Shown here piece after piece: positions 48,330 to 57,946 of a DNA stretch of 64,000 nt (positions are counted from its first letter, which is position 1; each line of letters begins with the position of its first letter). A model generated the notes under the pieces. The model made no database searches. It was not told the DNA's origin and saw nothing but the letters and a program-made list of their open reading frames with translations. A program made the translations under genes and the position numbers. Source of the stretch: Pseudomonadota bacterium (GTDB lineage: Bacteria > Pseudomonadota > Alphaproteobacteria > Micavibrionales > UBA1664); contig RFNZ01000003.1 of the NCBI GenBank assembly GCA_009926935.1, positions 16,238 to 80,237 of the forward strand. Reading direction: 5' to 3'.

Positions 48330-49208
48330 TCAGGCAGTTTTTGCAAATTCCGTTGATTCCTCGACGAGGCTGATGACGTCGGGCCGCTCAGGTCTGTATG
48401 AAACCTCGTAAGCCTTTTCGAACTGTAGCAGTTCTCCATTGAGGCGTCCCAAACGCTTTTCGACAGCTTCCAGGGTTGGTGTACCCGGGCGCATGGCACC
48501 GCGACGTGCTTTCAAGAAGCCTGCTTTAACGGATAGCTGTACGAGTTCAAGCCATGCGGCTGCGTGCAGGAGGCATTGGTGCGGTTCGGCTATTGCTTTT
48601 TCACGACTTACGCGCTCGATTGCGGGTTCAACCGCAAAGTTGAAGGTGGTTGAGCGTTTGGGATTGCGGAAGATGAGGCCCACCCGCGTTTTTTCCATCA
48701 TTGCTCCGATGACCATGGCGATTGTGGTCTGGTGATCGATGGTGACTCCGCGACCTGCCATATTAAAGGCATTCTCGGCGATTGATACCGCCCGGTCGTA
48801 TTCATCGCGGTTGCGGGCGTCGCACTGTTCGATCACGTCGAGGAAAGGGTGGTATTCACCCTCTTTAAAAATTGGCCTGCCGCCGCTGTATACGGCGATC
48901 CAGCCCTGATCGTTGTACTGTTTTTCAAAGTCGGGAAGGGTCGCCTGCCAGTTGGGCCCCCAGCTGTAGCCCGGTGATCTGGATTGGATAGGGCCGTCAC
49001 GGTAATAGGTTTTCGCTATCATTGCGGCCATGCGCAAAGTCGTGTGCATGTTCTGGCCCCTTACGATCAGGCGTTCTTCACGCTGGCCTTTTTTGGATAT
49101 GAGGGGGAGGGCAATACGGTTGCCGACCGCGATCATAGGCTCATCATCGGGCGAGCCCTCGCGCAGGATAAATTTTTCACGCAACATGGTCGTGTTGAGC
49201 ATCAACAT
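48330..49208 (-). CDS. Hypothetical protein (292 aa)
   Basis: Long ORF with globular composition; no motif recognised. Confidence 0.8.
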   Translation of the reverse strand: MLMLNTTMLREKFILREGSPDDEPMIAVGNRIALPLISKKGQREERLIVRGQNMHTTLRMAAMIAKTYYRDGPIQSRSPGYSWGPNWQATLPDFEKQYNDQGWIAVYSGGRPIFKEGEYHPFLDVIEQCDARNRDEYDRAVSIAENAFNMAGRGVTIDHQTTIAMVIGAMMEKTRVGLIFRNPKRSTTFNFAVEPAIERVSREKAIAEPHQCLLHAAAWLELVQLSVKAGFLKARRGAMRPGTPTLEAVEKRLGRLNGELLQFEKAYEVSYRPERPDVISLVEESTEFAKTA

Positions 49209-49269
49209 GGCGACAAGAGTAGCGTATTCGGAGGAGGCTACAAATCAGAATCAGGCTGTCAGGAGGCTA

Positions 49270-50034
49270 TTAGAAGCCCATGGCCATTTTGGGGGCCATG
49301 CCCGGCTTTTGAACCATCGATACATCGATCGGTTTTTCATAGGCCTTGCCATTGCTTTGGAGAGCCATGTGTGGTTTTTCCTTAGCGGCGACCATGTATG
49401 TTTCCGTTTCGCCCGTCTGGCCGTTTGGCACAGTAACGCGGTGAGCATGAGAGACGCCGCAGCGTTTAAAAACAGCAAGTTCCTCGACGTTTTTAAGGTG
49501 AATTGCCATCTTGGCTTTAAGCATTTTACGCTTGTTCTCGCTGCCTTTGAGCTGGAGATGGCGTTTGCGCTTCATAGCATCGCGCAGGATAGAGGTTGAA
49601 GGTGTGGCCTTTGGTGCCTTTTCAGGCTCCTTCTTTTTGGACAGGCGGAACATCGAGGTTGCGCCCGCCTTCATGTCTTTTTTGTACTTTGGATCGTCCT
49701 TGCGGGCTTCTGAAAGGCCCATCAGGAAACCGGAGGCAAGATCAATACCTGTGGCGACAGAGCCCTGTGTGGCCATGCCAACGGCATCCATTGCCATATC
49801 CATGCCTATCTTGCCCATAGCGCCCATAATGATATCGCCAAAATCGCTATCAACTTCCACGCCCACATCGCGCAACATGGCAATGGCCGGCAAAAGCGGA
49901 TCTTTTGGGTCCTGGGGAAGTTTTGAGAGTTCCTTGTGAACATCCATGAACGCGTTCATCTCTTGCGAGAAGAGCCCTTCTACAGGCAGCTCGTGGCTGG
50001 TTTCGATGGAATTGATGCGCTTGGCTTCTGTCAC
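49270..50034 (-). CDS. Hypothetical Lys/Met-rich protein
   Basis: Long ORF; GTG start chosen after purine-rich RBS. Confidence 0.7.
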   Translation of the reverse strand: MTEAKRINSIETSHELPVEGLFSQEMNAFMDVHKELSKLPQDPKDPLLPAIAMLRDVGVEVDSDFGDIIMGAMGKIGMDMAMDAVGMATQGSVATGIDLASGFLMGLSEARKDDPKYKKDMKAGATSMFRLSKKKEPEKAPKATPSTSILRDAMKRKRHLQLKGSENKRKMLKAKMAIHLKNVEELAVFKRCGVSHAHRVTVPNGQTGETETYMVAAKEKPHMALQSNGKAYEKPIDVSMVQKPGMAPKMAMGF

Positions 50035-50163
50035 GGTCCCTGATCCTTTTATGATCTTTATGGGACTACAGTAGCGCAATTATGGTAAATACAAGGTTAA
50101 GATTGCCTAAGATTTTCGGCAAATACCCTGAAAATTGAGAAAATATGGTTTTTGGGTAAATTA

Positions 50164-50490
50164 CTAAAGTGAGCTTGAGCGTTCAATGATGCTGGAAACC
50201 CATGCGTTCAGGCTTTTGCCTGCCATGCGGGCGGATGCGGCGGCAGCCTTGTGTAAGTCGGGTGTGACGCGTACGACAAACTGGCCAGAAAATGGTTTTT
50301 CTGGCTCCTCGCCCCGTTGTTCGCAGTAATCAAGATAATCGTCTATAGAGTCTTTGAAGGCTTTCAGAAGTTCTTTCGCGGTTTTGCCCTGGAAGGTGAT
50401 GACATCGCGCGTGTTCATGACCTCGCCGTGGAAAATCCCCGCGTCTTCATCCAGTTCAAACTGGCCTATGTAGCCTTTGTATTTCATCAT
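50164..50490 (-). CDS. hicB: HicB family antitoxin
   Basis: YKGY..FHGEV..DVITFQG..DDYL..C..PEKPFSG.F.VR..LH..SLNAW. Confidence 0.93.
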   Translation of the reverse strand: MMKYKGYIGQFELDEDAGIFHGEVMNTRDVITFQGKTAKELLKAFKDSIDDYLDYCEQRGEEPEKPFSGQFVVRVTPDLHKAAAASARMAGKSLNAWVSSIIERSSSL

Positions 50491-50750
50491 GGTTTTACTC
50501 CTGCTTCCTCCAAGAAGCGGCGCATGGATTTAAGCGCGCCTTTATCCGTTTCCTTTTGCGGGTGCGGGCGGTGAAAAACCGCGCGGACCCCATTTAGGGC
50601 TATCCGTACCCGTGACCCCGCACCTTCCGATATATCAGCCCCCAGCGCAGCCAATAGCGTTTCAATATCCTTCCACGCCACGTCGGAACGCACAGGGTTT
50701 GCAAACACCCTTTCCAAAGTCTTCTGATGTTTACTCGATAATGATACCAT
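50487..50750 (-). CDS. hicA: HicA family mRNA interferase toxin
   Basis: W.DIE.LL.ALG..EG.GSRV..FHRPHP. Confidence 0.93.
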   Translation of the reverse strand: MVSLSSKHQKTLERVFANPVRSDVAWKDIETLLAALGADISEGAGSRVRIALNGVRAVFHRPHPQKETDKGALKSMRRFLEEAGVKP

Positions 50751-50759
50751 ATTTTGATA

Positions 50760-51410
50760 CTATTTTGTCAAGGTTCTATTTTTAAGACCTTCAAAAATCT
50801 CATTTATTTTTTCTTCGGTATCAATCATCTTTTCAATCATTTTTCGGATACCCCAATAAAAAGTTGTTGGAGCAAATTCTAAAGTATCCTCAGCGCTCAT
50901 CTCTATAGAATTACTACCAAAATCATGTTTTGGTTTTATAATTCGTTGGGATAATCCCTCGTTGCTCTCGATATGAGGTAGTAAAAAAGATACTGGTTGA
51001 GCATTACCGTTTTTTTTGAAACGAATATTCAGACTATGTGCTGCGGGGTTTCTAAGTGTTTTATAAAGTGCTTTAACAGCGTCTTCCCTTGTGATGCCCT
51101 TGGGTGTATCGAGTTCCCAAGGATAAAATTCTGTAAGAACGCCTTCGAAGTGTTTTTTGGCGCAGCCAGTTTCCCTATATTCCGCTGGTTTATATAAAGT
51201 AGAAGAAACTCCGGAGACGATACTCAAACACATCAAAGAGGCTGTAGTGTGAGGACAAACAGGGGGCATGCCTTCTGTCTCAAGCCATTTTGTTGAGAGG
51301 ATATAGTGAAGCTCTTTTAGCCAGTTCTCTTGAAGTGGGTTCAGTATCGCGCCAAGCTTTTGTTCCGCGTATTCCGTTATTTGAAGGCGTGGGTAACTAA
51401 ATTGTTCCAT
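50760..51410 (-). CDS. AT-rich hypothetical protein with HEPN-like Rx4H motif
   Basis: LYKTLRNPAAHS; visibly AT-richer than flanking genes. Confidence 0.7.
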   Translation of the reverse strand: MEQFSYPRLQITEYAEQKLGAILNPLQENWLKELHYILSTKWLETEGMPPVCPHTTASLMCLSIVSGVSSTLYKPAEYRETGCAKKHFEGVLTEFYPWELDTPKGITREDAVKALYKTLRNPAAHSLNIRFKKNGNAQPVSFLLPHIESNEGLSQRIIKPKHDFGSNSIEMSAEDTLEFAPTTFYWGIRKMIEKMIDTEEKINEIFEGLKNRTLTK

Positions 51411-51428
51411 TTTTCACCTGTTCAATAT

Positions 51429-51455
51429 CTGGATACCCGCCTTCGCGAGTATGAC
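51429..51455. repeat. REP-like short palindromic element
   Basis: CTGGATACCCGCCTTCGCGAGTATGAC (reverse GTCATACTCGCGAAGGCGGGTATCCAG), resembling the GTCAT-CCCGCGAAGGCGGG-ATCCAG repeat class. Confidence 0.65.
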
Positions 51456-51492
51456 GCGCGTGGGGTCGTACAGTTGAGAGTTATCTAGATGG

Positions 51493-53298
51493 TCACTTCT
51501 CATTCCCCATGCGCAGGGCTTCGATGAAGGCGGATTGGGGGATGTCCACCTCGCCGTATTGCTGCATCTTTTTCTTACCCTCTTTTTGCTTGTCGAGCAG
51601 CTTGCGTTTGCGGGTAATGTCGCCGCCGTAGCATTTGGCCAACACGTCTTTTTTGAGGGCTGAAATATCTTCCCGCGCTATAACCTTGGCGCCGATAGAT
51701 GCCTGAATGGCCACCTTGATGAGCTGCCTTGGGATGAGGTCCTTGAGGCGTTCGCAAAGCTGGCGGCCGCGGCGTTCGGCCTGCGCCCTATGGACAATCA
51801 TGGCCAGCGCATCCACGGGTTCTTGGTTCACCAGAATATCCATTTTGACAAGGTCGTCTTCGCGGAAGCCGTCGAGGTGGTAATCGAAGCTGGCGTAGCC
51901 GCGGGAGATGGATTTGAGGCGGTCGTAAAAATCGAACACGACTTCGTTGAGCGGCAGGCGGTACACCAGCATGGCGCGGTTGCCGGCGTAGGTCAGTTCC
52001 AGCTGTTCGCCGCGACGTTCTTGGCAGAGCTGCAAGAGCCCGCCCAGATATTCGTCTGGCACCAGAATGGTGGCTTTGATGAGCGGTTCTTCAATAGCCT
52101 TGATGCGCGTGACTTCCGGCATATCGACGGGGTTATAAAGTTCCATCGTTTCGCCGTTGGTCAGGTGGATTTTGTAGACCACGCTTGGCGCTGTGGGGAT
52201 GAGTTCAAGGTTGAATTCACGGCTGAGGCGTTCCTGAATAATCTCCATATGCAGGAGCCCCAAAAAGCCGCAGCGGAAGCCAAGGCCGAGGGCCTGTGAG
52301 GCCTCGGGTTCGTAATGCAAGGATGCGTCGTTGAGTGCCAATTTGCCCAAGCTATCGCGCAGGTGTTCGAAGTTGGAGGCATCCGCCGGAAAGAGCGAGC
52401 AGAAAACCATAGGGATGGACGGCTTAAAGCCGGGCAGGGCGGCGCTTGCCTGATTGCGTTCATCGGTAATGGTATCGCCGACTTTGGTATCGGAGATTGT
52501 TTTGATGGCGGCCGTTATAAAACCCATCTCGCCGGGTTTGAGTTCGTTCACCATCACGTGTTTTGGGGTGAATATGCCCACGCGTTCCACATCGCGCACA
52601 CTGTTGGTGTTCATGAAACGGATTTTCTGGCCTTTTTTGAGCGTGCCGTCAAAAACGCGCACAAGGATAACAACGCCCAAATAGCTATCGTACCAGCTAT
52701 CCACCAGCAGGGCTTTGAGCGGTGCGTTCGGGTCGCCTTTGGGGGCTGGCAATTGTGTAACAATGGCTTCCAGCAGTTTATCGATGTTGATGCCGGATTT
52801 GCCCGATACCTCGACTGCGTGGGTGGTATCGAGGCCGATCACATCCTCGATTTGCTTTTTAGTTGCTTCGACATCAGAGGCGGGTAAGTCAATTTTGTTG
52901 ATGACAGGTAAAATTTCGAGGTTGTTATCAAGCGCCTGATAGACGTTGGCGAGCGTCTGGGCCTCAACCCCTTGTGTTGAATCGACAACCAACAGCGCGC
53001 CCTCGCAAGATGCCAGCGAGCGGGATACCTCGTAGCTGAAGTCCACGTGGCCTGGTGTGTCCATGAGGTTCAGCTGGTACGTCTGTCCATCTTTTGCTTT
53101 GTAATTGAGGCGGACGGTCTGGGCCTTGATGGTAATGCCGCGTTCTTTTTCAATATCCATGTTGTCGAGCACTTGTTCCGTCATCTCGCGCAGTTCGAGG
53201 CCCCCGCAGCTTTGAATCAGACGGTCGGCCAGTGTGGATTTGCCATGGTCGATATGGGCAATAATGGAAAAATTGCGGATGCGGGACTGATCACTCAC
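51493..53298 (-). CDS. lepA: Elongation factor 4
   Basis: [31 protein letters not shown] and [14 protein letters not shown] motifs. Confidence 0.98.
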   Translation of the reverse strand: MSDQSRIRNFSIIAHIDHGKSTLADRLIQSCGGLELREMTEQVLDNMDIEKERGITIKAQTVRLNYKAKDGQTYQLNLMDTPGHVDFSYEVSRSLASCEGALLVVDSTQGVEAQTLANVYQALDNNLEILPVINKIDLPASDVEATKKQIEDVIGLDTTHAVEVSGKSGINIDKLLEAIVTQLPAPKGDPNAPLKALLVDSWYDSYLGVVILVRVFDGTLKKGQKIRFMNTNSVRDVERVGIFTPKHVMVNELKPGEMGFITAAIKTISDTKVGDTITDERNQASAALPGFKPSIPMVFCSLFPADASNFEHLRDSLGKLALNDASLHYEPEASQALGLGFRCGFLGLLHMEIIQERLSREFNLELIPTAPSVVYKIHLTNGETMELYNPVDMPEVTRIKAIEEPLIKATILVPDEYLGGLLQLCQERRGEQLELTYAGNRAMLVYRLPLNEVVFDFYDRLKSISRGYASFDYHLDGFREDDLVKMDILVNQEPVDALAMIVHRAQAERRGRQLCERLKDLIPRQLIKVAIQASIGAKVIAREDISALKKDVLAKCYGGDITRKRKLLDKQKEGKKKMQQYGEVDIPQSAFIEALRMGNEK

Positions 53299-53371
53299 TG
53301 TAAAATCCTTATAAATCAAATCGCTCGCGGATTTTTAAGGCCCGCGAGCGTAAGATTCAAGGAAATTAAGG

Positions 53372-53536
53372 TTAGGACAATCCCGGCACTGCGGGGCTGT
53401 TGCCTTTTAGGCCCAAGCCTTGATCTGCATGGTTGACTTCAGGCATTAATCCTGGAATCCCTTCGTTGGCCAGCACTGTCATCGGTGATCCACTACCATT
53501 TACGGCGCTTGCTCCTAAGGCTACATGATCTTTCAT
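53372..53536 (-). CDS. Small hypothetical protein (54 aa, absent from ORF track)
   Basis: GGGAGAGAG RBS; MKDHVALGASAVNGSGSPMTVLANEGIPGLMPEVNHADQGLGLKGNSPAVPGLS; begins 11 bp after upstream stop. Confidence 0.55.
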   Translation of the reverse strand: MKDHVALGASAVNGSGSPMTVLANEGIPGLMPEVNHADQGLGLKGNSPAVPGLS

Positions 53537-53547
53537 GGTCTCTCTCC

Positions 53548-53901
53548 CTATGCTGCGTGGATGATCAGGGGCAGATCGACCCCGAACTCCACTTTCTTTG
53601 TTGTTGGATTCATTTGAATGATGCTTATGACGTAAGCATTGTGAAAATAGGCACGTAGCCTTGGGTCTACCGGGATCCCGAAGTTTCTTATATCGCCGTC
53701 TTCAAGTACGAAATCTACACGGCTTGTTTTGGTATCGTATTCGATCCAAGAAAGCGTACGCGTAAAAGGCTTATCGTGGAAAACGCATATATCTGCGTTG
53801 TCACTTACCCAAAGATTTAGGGCCATATCCATGTCATCGTATTTCGCTTGCGCTCCGCCGATGGGGGAGTTTGGAAACGGAGATGGTTGAACATTTACCA
53901 T
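53548..53901 (-). CDS. Hypothetical protein, paralog A
   Basis: C.FHDKPF...SW.EY...EDG.IRNFG.P shared with 53988-54311. Confidence 0.85.
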   Translation of the reverse strand: MVNVQPSPFPNSPIGGAQAKYDDMDMALNLWVSDNADICVFHDKPFTRTLSWIEYDTKTSRVDFVLEDGDIRNFGIPVDPRLRAYFHNAYVISIIQMNPTTKKVEFGVDLPLIIHAA

Positions 53902-53961
53902 AGAGATCGTTTTGCCCTGTTATCCGGTCTGGTTAGTTGCCTCTATCTCACCATACAAATC

Positions 53962-53976
53962 TTAACAAAAACTTAA
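53962..53976. promoter_or_regulatory. Putative CtrA box TTAA-N7-TTAA
   Basis: TTAA-CAAAAAC-TTAA upstream of 53901 start. Confidence 0.45.
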
Positions 53977-53987
53977 AATTATGTAAA

Positions 53988-54311
53988 TTAATGATAGGGC
54001 AGTCCTTGGATGACCAGGGGCACATCCTTGCCGCTGATGACCTTTTTGGTTTCAGGGTTTTTGTGGATGACATACGCCTTTTTGGCAGAGGCTACGGCAG
54101 GCTTGTATTTCTCAGGCAGAGGTACGCCAAAGTTACGTACCTCGCCATCCTCGGTCATGAACTCGATGGTGTTTGTATCGGGATTGTATTCCAGCCACGA
54201 AATGGGTTTTGAAAACGGTTTGTCATGGAAAAAGCAAACCTCACCTTGAGAGGCAACAAAAACGGTGATGGCCAAATGCTCATCCGGGTTTTTTTGGATG
54301 CTGCTCATCAC
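53988..54311 (-). CDS. Hypothetical protein, paralog B
   Basis: Same motif block as 53548-53901. Confidence 0.85.
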   Translation of the reverse strand: MMSSIQKNPDEHLAITVFVASQGEVCFFHDKPFSKPISWLEYNPDTNTIEFMTEDGEVRNFGVPLPEKYKPAVASAKKAYVIHKNPETKKVISGKDVPLVIQGLPYH

Positions 54312-55375
54312 ATGCCCCCTGTCATTTGAGGTTTGGGTGCCGCTTTTGGTGGTCCTGCAAGTGCCAACTGTTGTTTTGGTTCGGCTGCGGCTAGCGCTGG
54401 CTTGGATTGAGGAAAGCCTTCATCGGCATCATCATGCTCGCTGCTCAAGGCTGCGATGGTTGGGTCTACCTCCGGTTCAACATCTTCAGCTTCGCGCGAG
54501 AAAGTGGGTTTTGGGGCAACAGGCGCGGACCCTGCAGGCGCAGCTTCGCTTGCGGCAGTCAGTTGGCTTGTAGGGGCGTCTTTTTTGGAGATATCTTTTG
54601 CGAATTCCCGTTTGTTGTCGGGGCCGTCACGCGACATGTTGAATTCGCCCTCTGTCAGGTTTGTAAAGCTTGGTGAATTGTCGCCAAAATCGAGTTTCTG
54701 ACCTTTGCGGTCACCATTCATAAGCTCGTCATGTTTTTTTGTGAGCTGCTCGTATTCTTTTTTGGCTTCCTCGCCGTCTACTTTTTCGAGTTCGCCGGAT
54801 TCAGGATTGCGTTTGTAAACGCCTGGCATAAATGTTTTACCATCCGAGGATACGACCGTGTTATCGCCTACATAGGCGCTGTCTTTATCCATGATGATGC
54901 CTTTATGATCAAAACCGCTTTTCTGAGGCTCTGAGGCGTCATCAAGTTTTCCAATACTAAAGGTTGATGTTTCATCGGCGCTTTCTTGCCCTTTGGGGCC
55001 ACCTTCTGGCGCTTTTTTTGAAAATGCGCTCTTGATTTTTTTACCAAGGGCATTGAGAAACTTTTCTGTCCCGGCTTTCAAGGCACGCTGGAGCATGACT
55101 TCATCGCGGGCGATCATTTGGGCGATATCGGATTTCATGCCTGTTTCCATCAGCTGCTGGCTGCGCTGCTGGATTTGAAGAGATTCCATAGGAGTTAAAG
55201 GTTGCTGGCCCTGTTGCTCAGGCTTTTTCTCTGCGCCATCATTTGCGCTATCTGTGTTGTCAGGCGCATCATTAGCCTCTTCAGCAGGCGCAGGCGTGGC
55301 CGTCGCAACTTTGCTGGGTACTGCGGGTACACCTGGGGCTGGGGTGGCCATGGATCGGTTTCCTTCACCGTCCAT
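54308..55375 (-). CDS. Hypothetical acidic, largely disordered protein
   Basis: 355 aa Ala/Pro/Glu/Asp-rich ORF, ATGA-coupled to downstream paralog. Confidence 0.75.
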   Translation of the reverse strand: MDGEGNRSMATPAPGVPAVPSKVATATPAPAEEANDAPDNTDSANDGAEKKPEQQGQQPLTPMESLQIQQRSQQLMETGMKSDIAQMIARDEVMLQRALKAGTEKFLNALGKKIKSAFSKKAPEGGPKGQESADETSTFSIGKLDDASEPQKSGFDHKGIIMDKDSAYVGDNTVVSSDGKTFMPGVYKRNPESGELEKVDGEEAKKEYEQLTKKHDELMNGDRKGQKLDFGDNSPSFTNLTEGEFNMSRDGPDNKREFAKDISKKDAPTSQLTAASEAAPAGSAPVAPKPTFSREAEDVEPEVDPTIAALSSEHDDADEGFPQSKPALAAAEPKQQLALAGPPKAAPKPQMTGGM

Positions 55376-55418
55376 ATAAGCATCGAAATATTAATAATAT
55401 GTAAAATTATTAGATGGA

Positions 55419-57023
55419 TTAGTGCCTGAAATGCCGCATGCCGGTAAAGACCATGGCGAGGCCTTTTTCATCGGCGGCGGCTATCACTTCATCATCCCTG
55501 ACTGATCCGCCTGGTTGGATGATGGCGGTGGCACCAGCCTCGGCCGCGGCCAAAAGGCCATCCGCGAAGGGGAAGAAGGCATCGGAGGCTACGACGGAGC
55601 CAATGGTCATAGGCTGATCCAGCTTTTCTGTTTTGGCGGCTTCGGCACTTTTCCAGGCAGCGATGCGCGAGCTATCGATGCGGCTCATTTGCCCCGCGCC
55701 AATGCCCACTGTTGTGCCATCCTTTACGTACACAATCGCGTTCGACTTTACATGCTTGGCTACACGGAAGGCGAAGAGCATGTCTTCCATCTCCTTTGCG
55801 GTGGGGCTACGCTTTGTAACCACTTTTAAATCGGCTTTTGTGATGCGGCCTGCATCGGCATCCTGCACGAGATATCCGCCTGCGATGGTTTTGATGCTGA
55901 GGCGTTTTTGTGCGGGGTCAGCCATGCCGCCGGTTGTGAGGAGGCGGAGGTTTTTCTTTGCGGCAATAATCGCTTTGGCTTCTTCGTCTACTTCAGGTGC
56001 TATAATTACCTCCGTAAACACTTTCACCATTTCTTCGGCGGTTGCGGCATCGAGTCTGCGGTTCATGGCAACAATCCCGCCAAAGGCCGATACTGGGTCG
56101 CAGCGCAGCGCGTGGCGATATGCATCGTATAAAGACGCGTGGGATGCAACGCCGCATGGGTTGGCGTGTTTGATGATGGCGACGGTTGGTTCCTCAAACT
56201 CGGATACGAGTTCAAAAGCGGCGTCTGTATCGTTGAGGTTGTTGTACGAGAGTTCTTTGCCCTGATGCTGGGTTGCCAATGCCACGCCCGCGCGTTTTGT
56301 GCCATCGGCATAGAAGGCTGCTTTTTGGTGCGGGTTTTCGCCGTAGCGCATGGGTTGCGCGAGTGTGCCTGCGGTCACGATAACCGGCGGCATATCGGCG
56401 CCAAGTTGGCTACCAAACCAGCTTGAGATTGCGCCGTCATAGGCGGCTGTCGTCGCGTAAGCCTTCGCGGCCATCATGCGGCGTGTTTCGTATGAAATCT
56501 CGCCTTTGGTTTTATTCAGTTCCTCGACGATTGTATCGTAGTCGCTCGCGTTTGTTATTACGGTTACGAAGTCGTGGTTTTTGGCGGCGGCGCGGATCAT
56601 GGCTGGGCCGCCTATATCGATATTCTCGACACAGAGCGCGAAGTCACCGCCTTTTGCCACGGTTTCGGCAAATGGGTAGAGGTTGATGACGACGATATCG
56701 ATGGCGCCAATATTGTGATCTTTCATCGCTTTTGTGTGCGCTGCGTCGTCGCGGCGAGCCAAAAGGCCGCCGTGGACGGAAGGGTGCAGGGTTTTAACGC
56801 GGCCGTCCATTACTTCAGGGAAGCCCGTGATTTCCGATACGTCTTTGACAGGGATGCCTGCGTCTTTAATTGCTTTGTGTGTGCCACCTGTTGAGACGAG
56901 CTCGATACCATGGTCGGCCAAGGCTTTTGCGAGCTCTACCAACCCCGTTTTATCAGATACCGACAAAAGGGCGCGTTTGGGTTTGACGGAAGCTGTGTTC
57001 GTGGGGAAGGATTTTGTGACCAT
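55419..57023 (-). CDS. purH: AICAR transformylase/IMP cyclohydrolase
   Basis: [31 protein letters not shown] and SDAFFPF motifs. Confidence 0.98.
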   Translation of the reverse strand: MVTKSFPTNTASVKPKRALLSVSDKTGLVELAKALADHGIELVSTGGTHKAIKDAGIPVKDVSEITGFPEVMDGRVKTLHPSVHGGLLARRDDAAHTKAMKDHNIGAIDIVVINLYPFAETVAKGGDFALCVENIDIGGPAMIRAAAKNHDFVTVITNASDYDTIVEELNKTKGEISYETRRMMAAKAYATTAAYDGAISSWFGSQLGADMPPVIVTAGTLAQPMRYGENPHQKAAFYADGTKRAGVALATQHQGKELSYNNLNDTDAAFELVSEFEEPTVAIIKHANPCGVASHASLYDAYRHALRCDPVSAFGGIVAMNRRLDAATAEEMVKVFTEVIIAPEVDEEAKAIIAAKKNLRLLTTGGMADPAQKRLSIKTIAGGYLVQDADAGRITKADLKVVTKRSPTAKEMEDMLFAFRVAKHVKSNAIVYVKDGTTVGIGAGQMSRIDSSRIAAWKSAEAAKTEKLDQPMTIGSVVASDAFFPFADGLLAAAEAGATAIIQPGGSVRDDEVIAAADEKGLAMVFTGMRHFRH

Positions 57024-57115
57024 GGCGTGGTTTTACCGCCAAGTGGCTACTGCGTCAAATGACAGAGGTCAAATAATCTCAAATTTCTGGCTTTTGAGGT
57101 TAGACACAGTAATGC

Positions 57116-57946
57116 TTACTTTGCGGGGGGTGGTGCATCAGAGTGTACGTAGACGCCGCGCTCGCCTTCCAGCGGTTTGAAAGAGTTTGTAATACCCAAG
57201 ACTGTTTCGGCACCACCTAAGAAGAGCGTGCCGTGCTTTGCCAGACGTTTTGACATTTTATCAAGGATTTTGCCTTTTGTCGGTTGATCGAAATAAATCA
57301 GGACGTTGCGGCAAAAAATACAATCAAAGGTGCCAAACTGGTCCATCGGATCAAGAAGATTGAAGTTTTGGAACTTCACCATCTGTTTGATGTCATCCTT
57401 GATGGTCCAAGTATCGCCGGTTTGGGTAAAGTATTTAACCAGCATCATGATGGGCATGCCGCGCTGGACCTCAAATTGCGAGTACTTACCGGCCTTCGCC
57501 TGATCAAGAATCTCTTTGGACAAGTCGGTTGCCAGAATTTCAAACTTGATGCCGGCCCATTTCGCGGCATTTTCTTTCATGGTAATGGCAAGAGTATAGG
57601 GTTCCTGCCCTGAGGAGCAGGCGGCAGACCAGATGCGGATGGTACAGTTGGGGCCTTTGGCCTTCAGAACGGCGGGCACTACAAGATCGCGGAACTTATC
57701 GAACGGCTTTTGATCGCGGAAAAACATGGTCTCATTGGTTGTCATCGCGTCTACGATGTCTTCCACGAGCTGCTTATCAGGTATGCCGCGCAGTTTGTCA
57801 GTCAGCGCAACCATATCAGGGATGTTCCATTTTTTGATAACGGGGGCGAGGCGGGACTCAAGCAGGTATGATTTATCGGTTGTGATGACGAGTCCGGATT
57901 TCTCGTAAAGCATGTTTTTGTATACGTCGAAATCTACGGTTTTCAT
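57116..57946 (-). CDS. cheR: Chemotaxis methyltransferase
   Basis: TTNETMFFRD, IWSAACSSGQEPY and CRNVLIYF motifs. Confidence 0.97.
   Translation of the reverse strand: MKTVDFDVYKNMLYEKSGLVITTDKSYLLESRLAPVIKKWNIPDMVALTDKLRGIPDKQLVEDIVDAMTTNETMFFRDQKPFDKFRDLVVPAVLKAKGPNCTIRIWSAACSSGQEPYTLAITMKENAAKWAGIKFEILATDLSKEILDQAKAGKYSQFEVQRGMPIMMLVKYFTQTGDTWTIKDDIKQMVKFQNFNLLDPMDQFGTFDCIFCRNVLIYFDQPTKGKILDKMSKRLAKHGTLFLGGAETVLGITNSFKPLEGERGVYVHSDAPPPAK

Noticed and set aside
53372-53545. 6S RNA or other ncRNA upstream of lepA
   Set aside because: No long end-to-end pairing seen; better explained by a 54-codon ORF with an RBS
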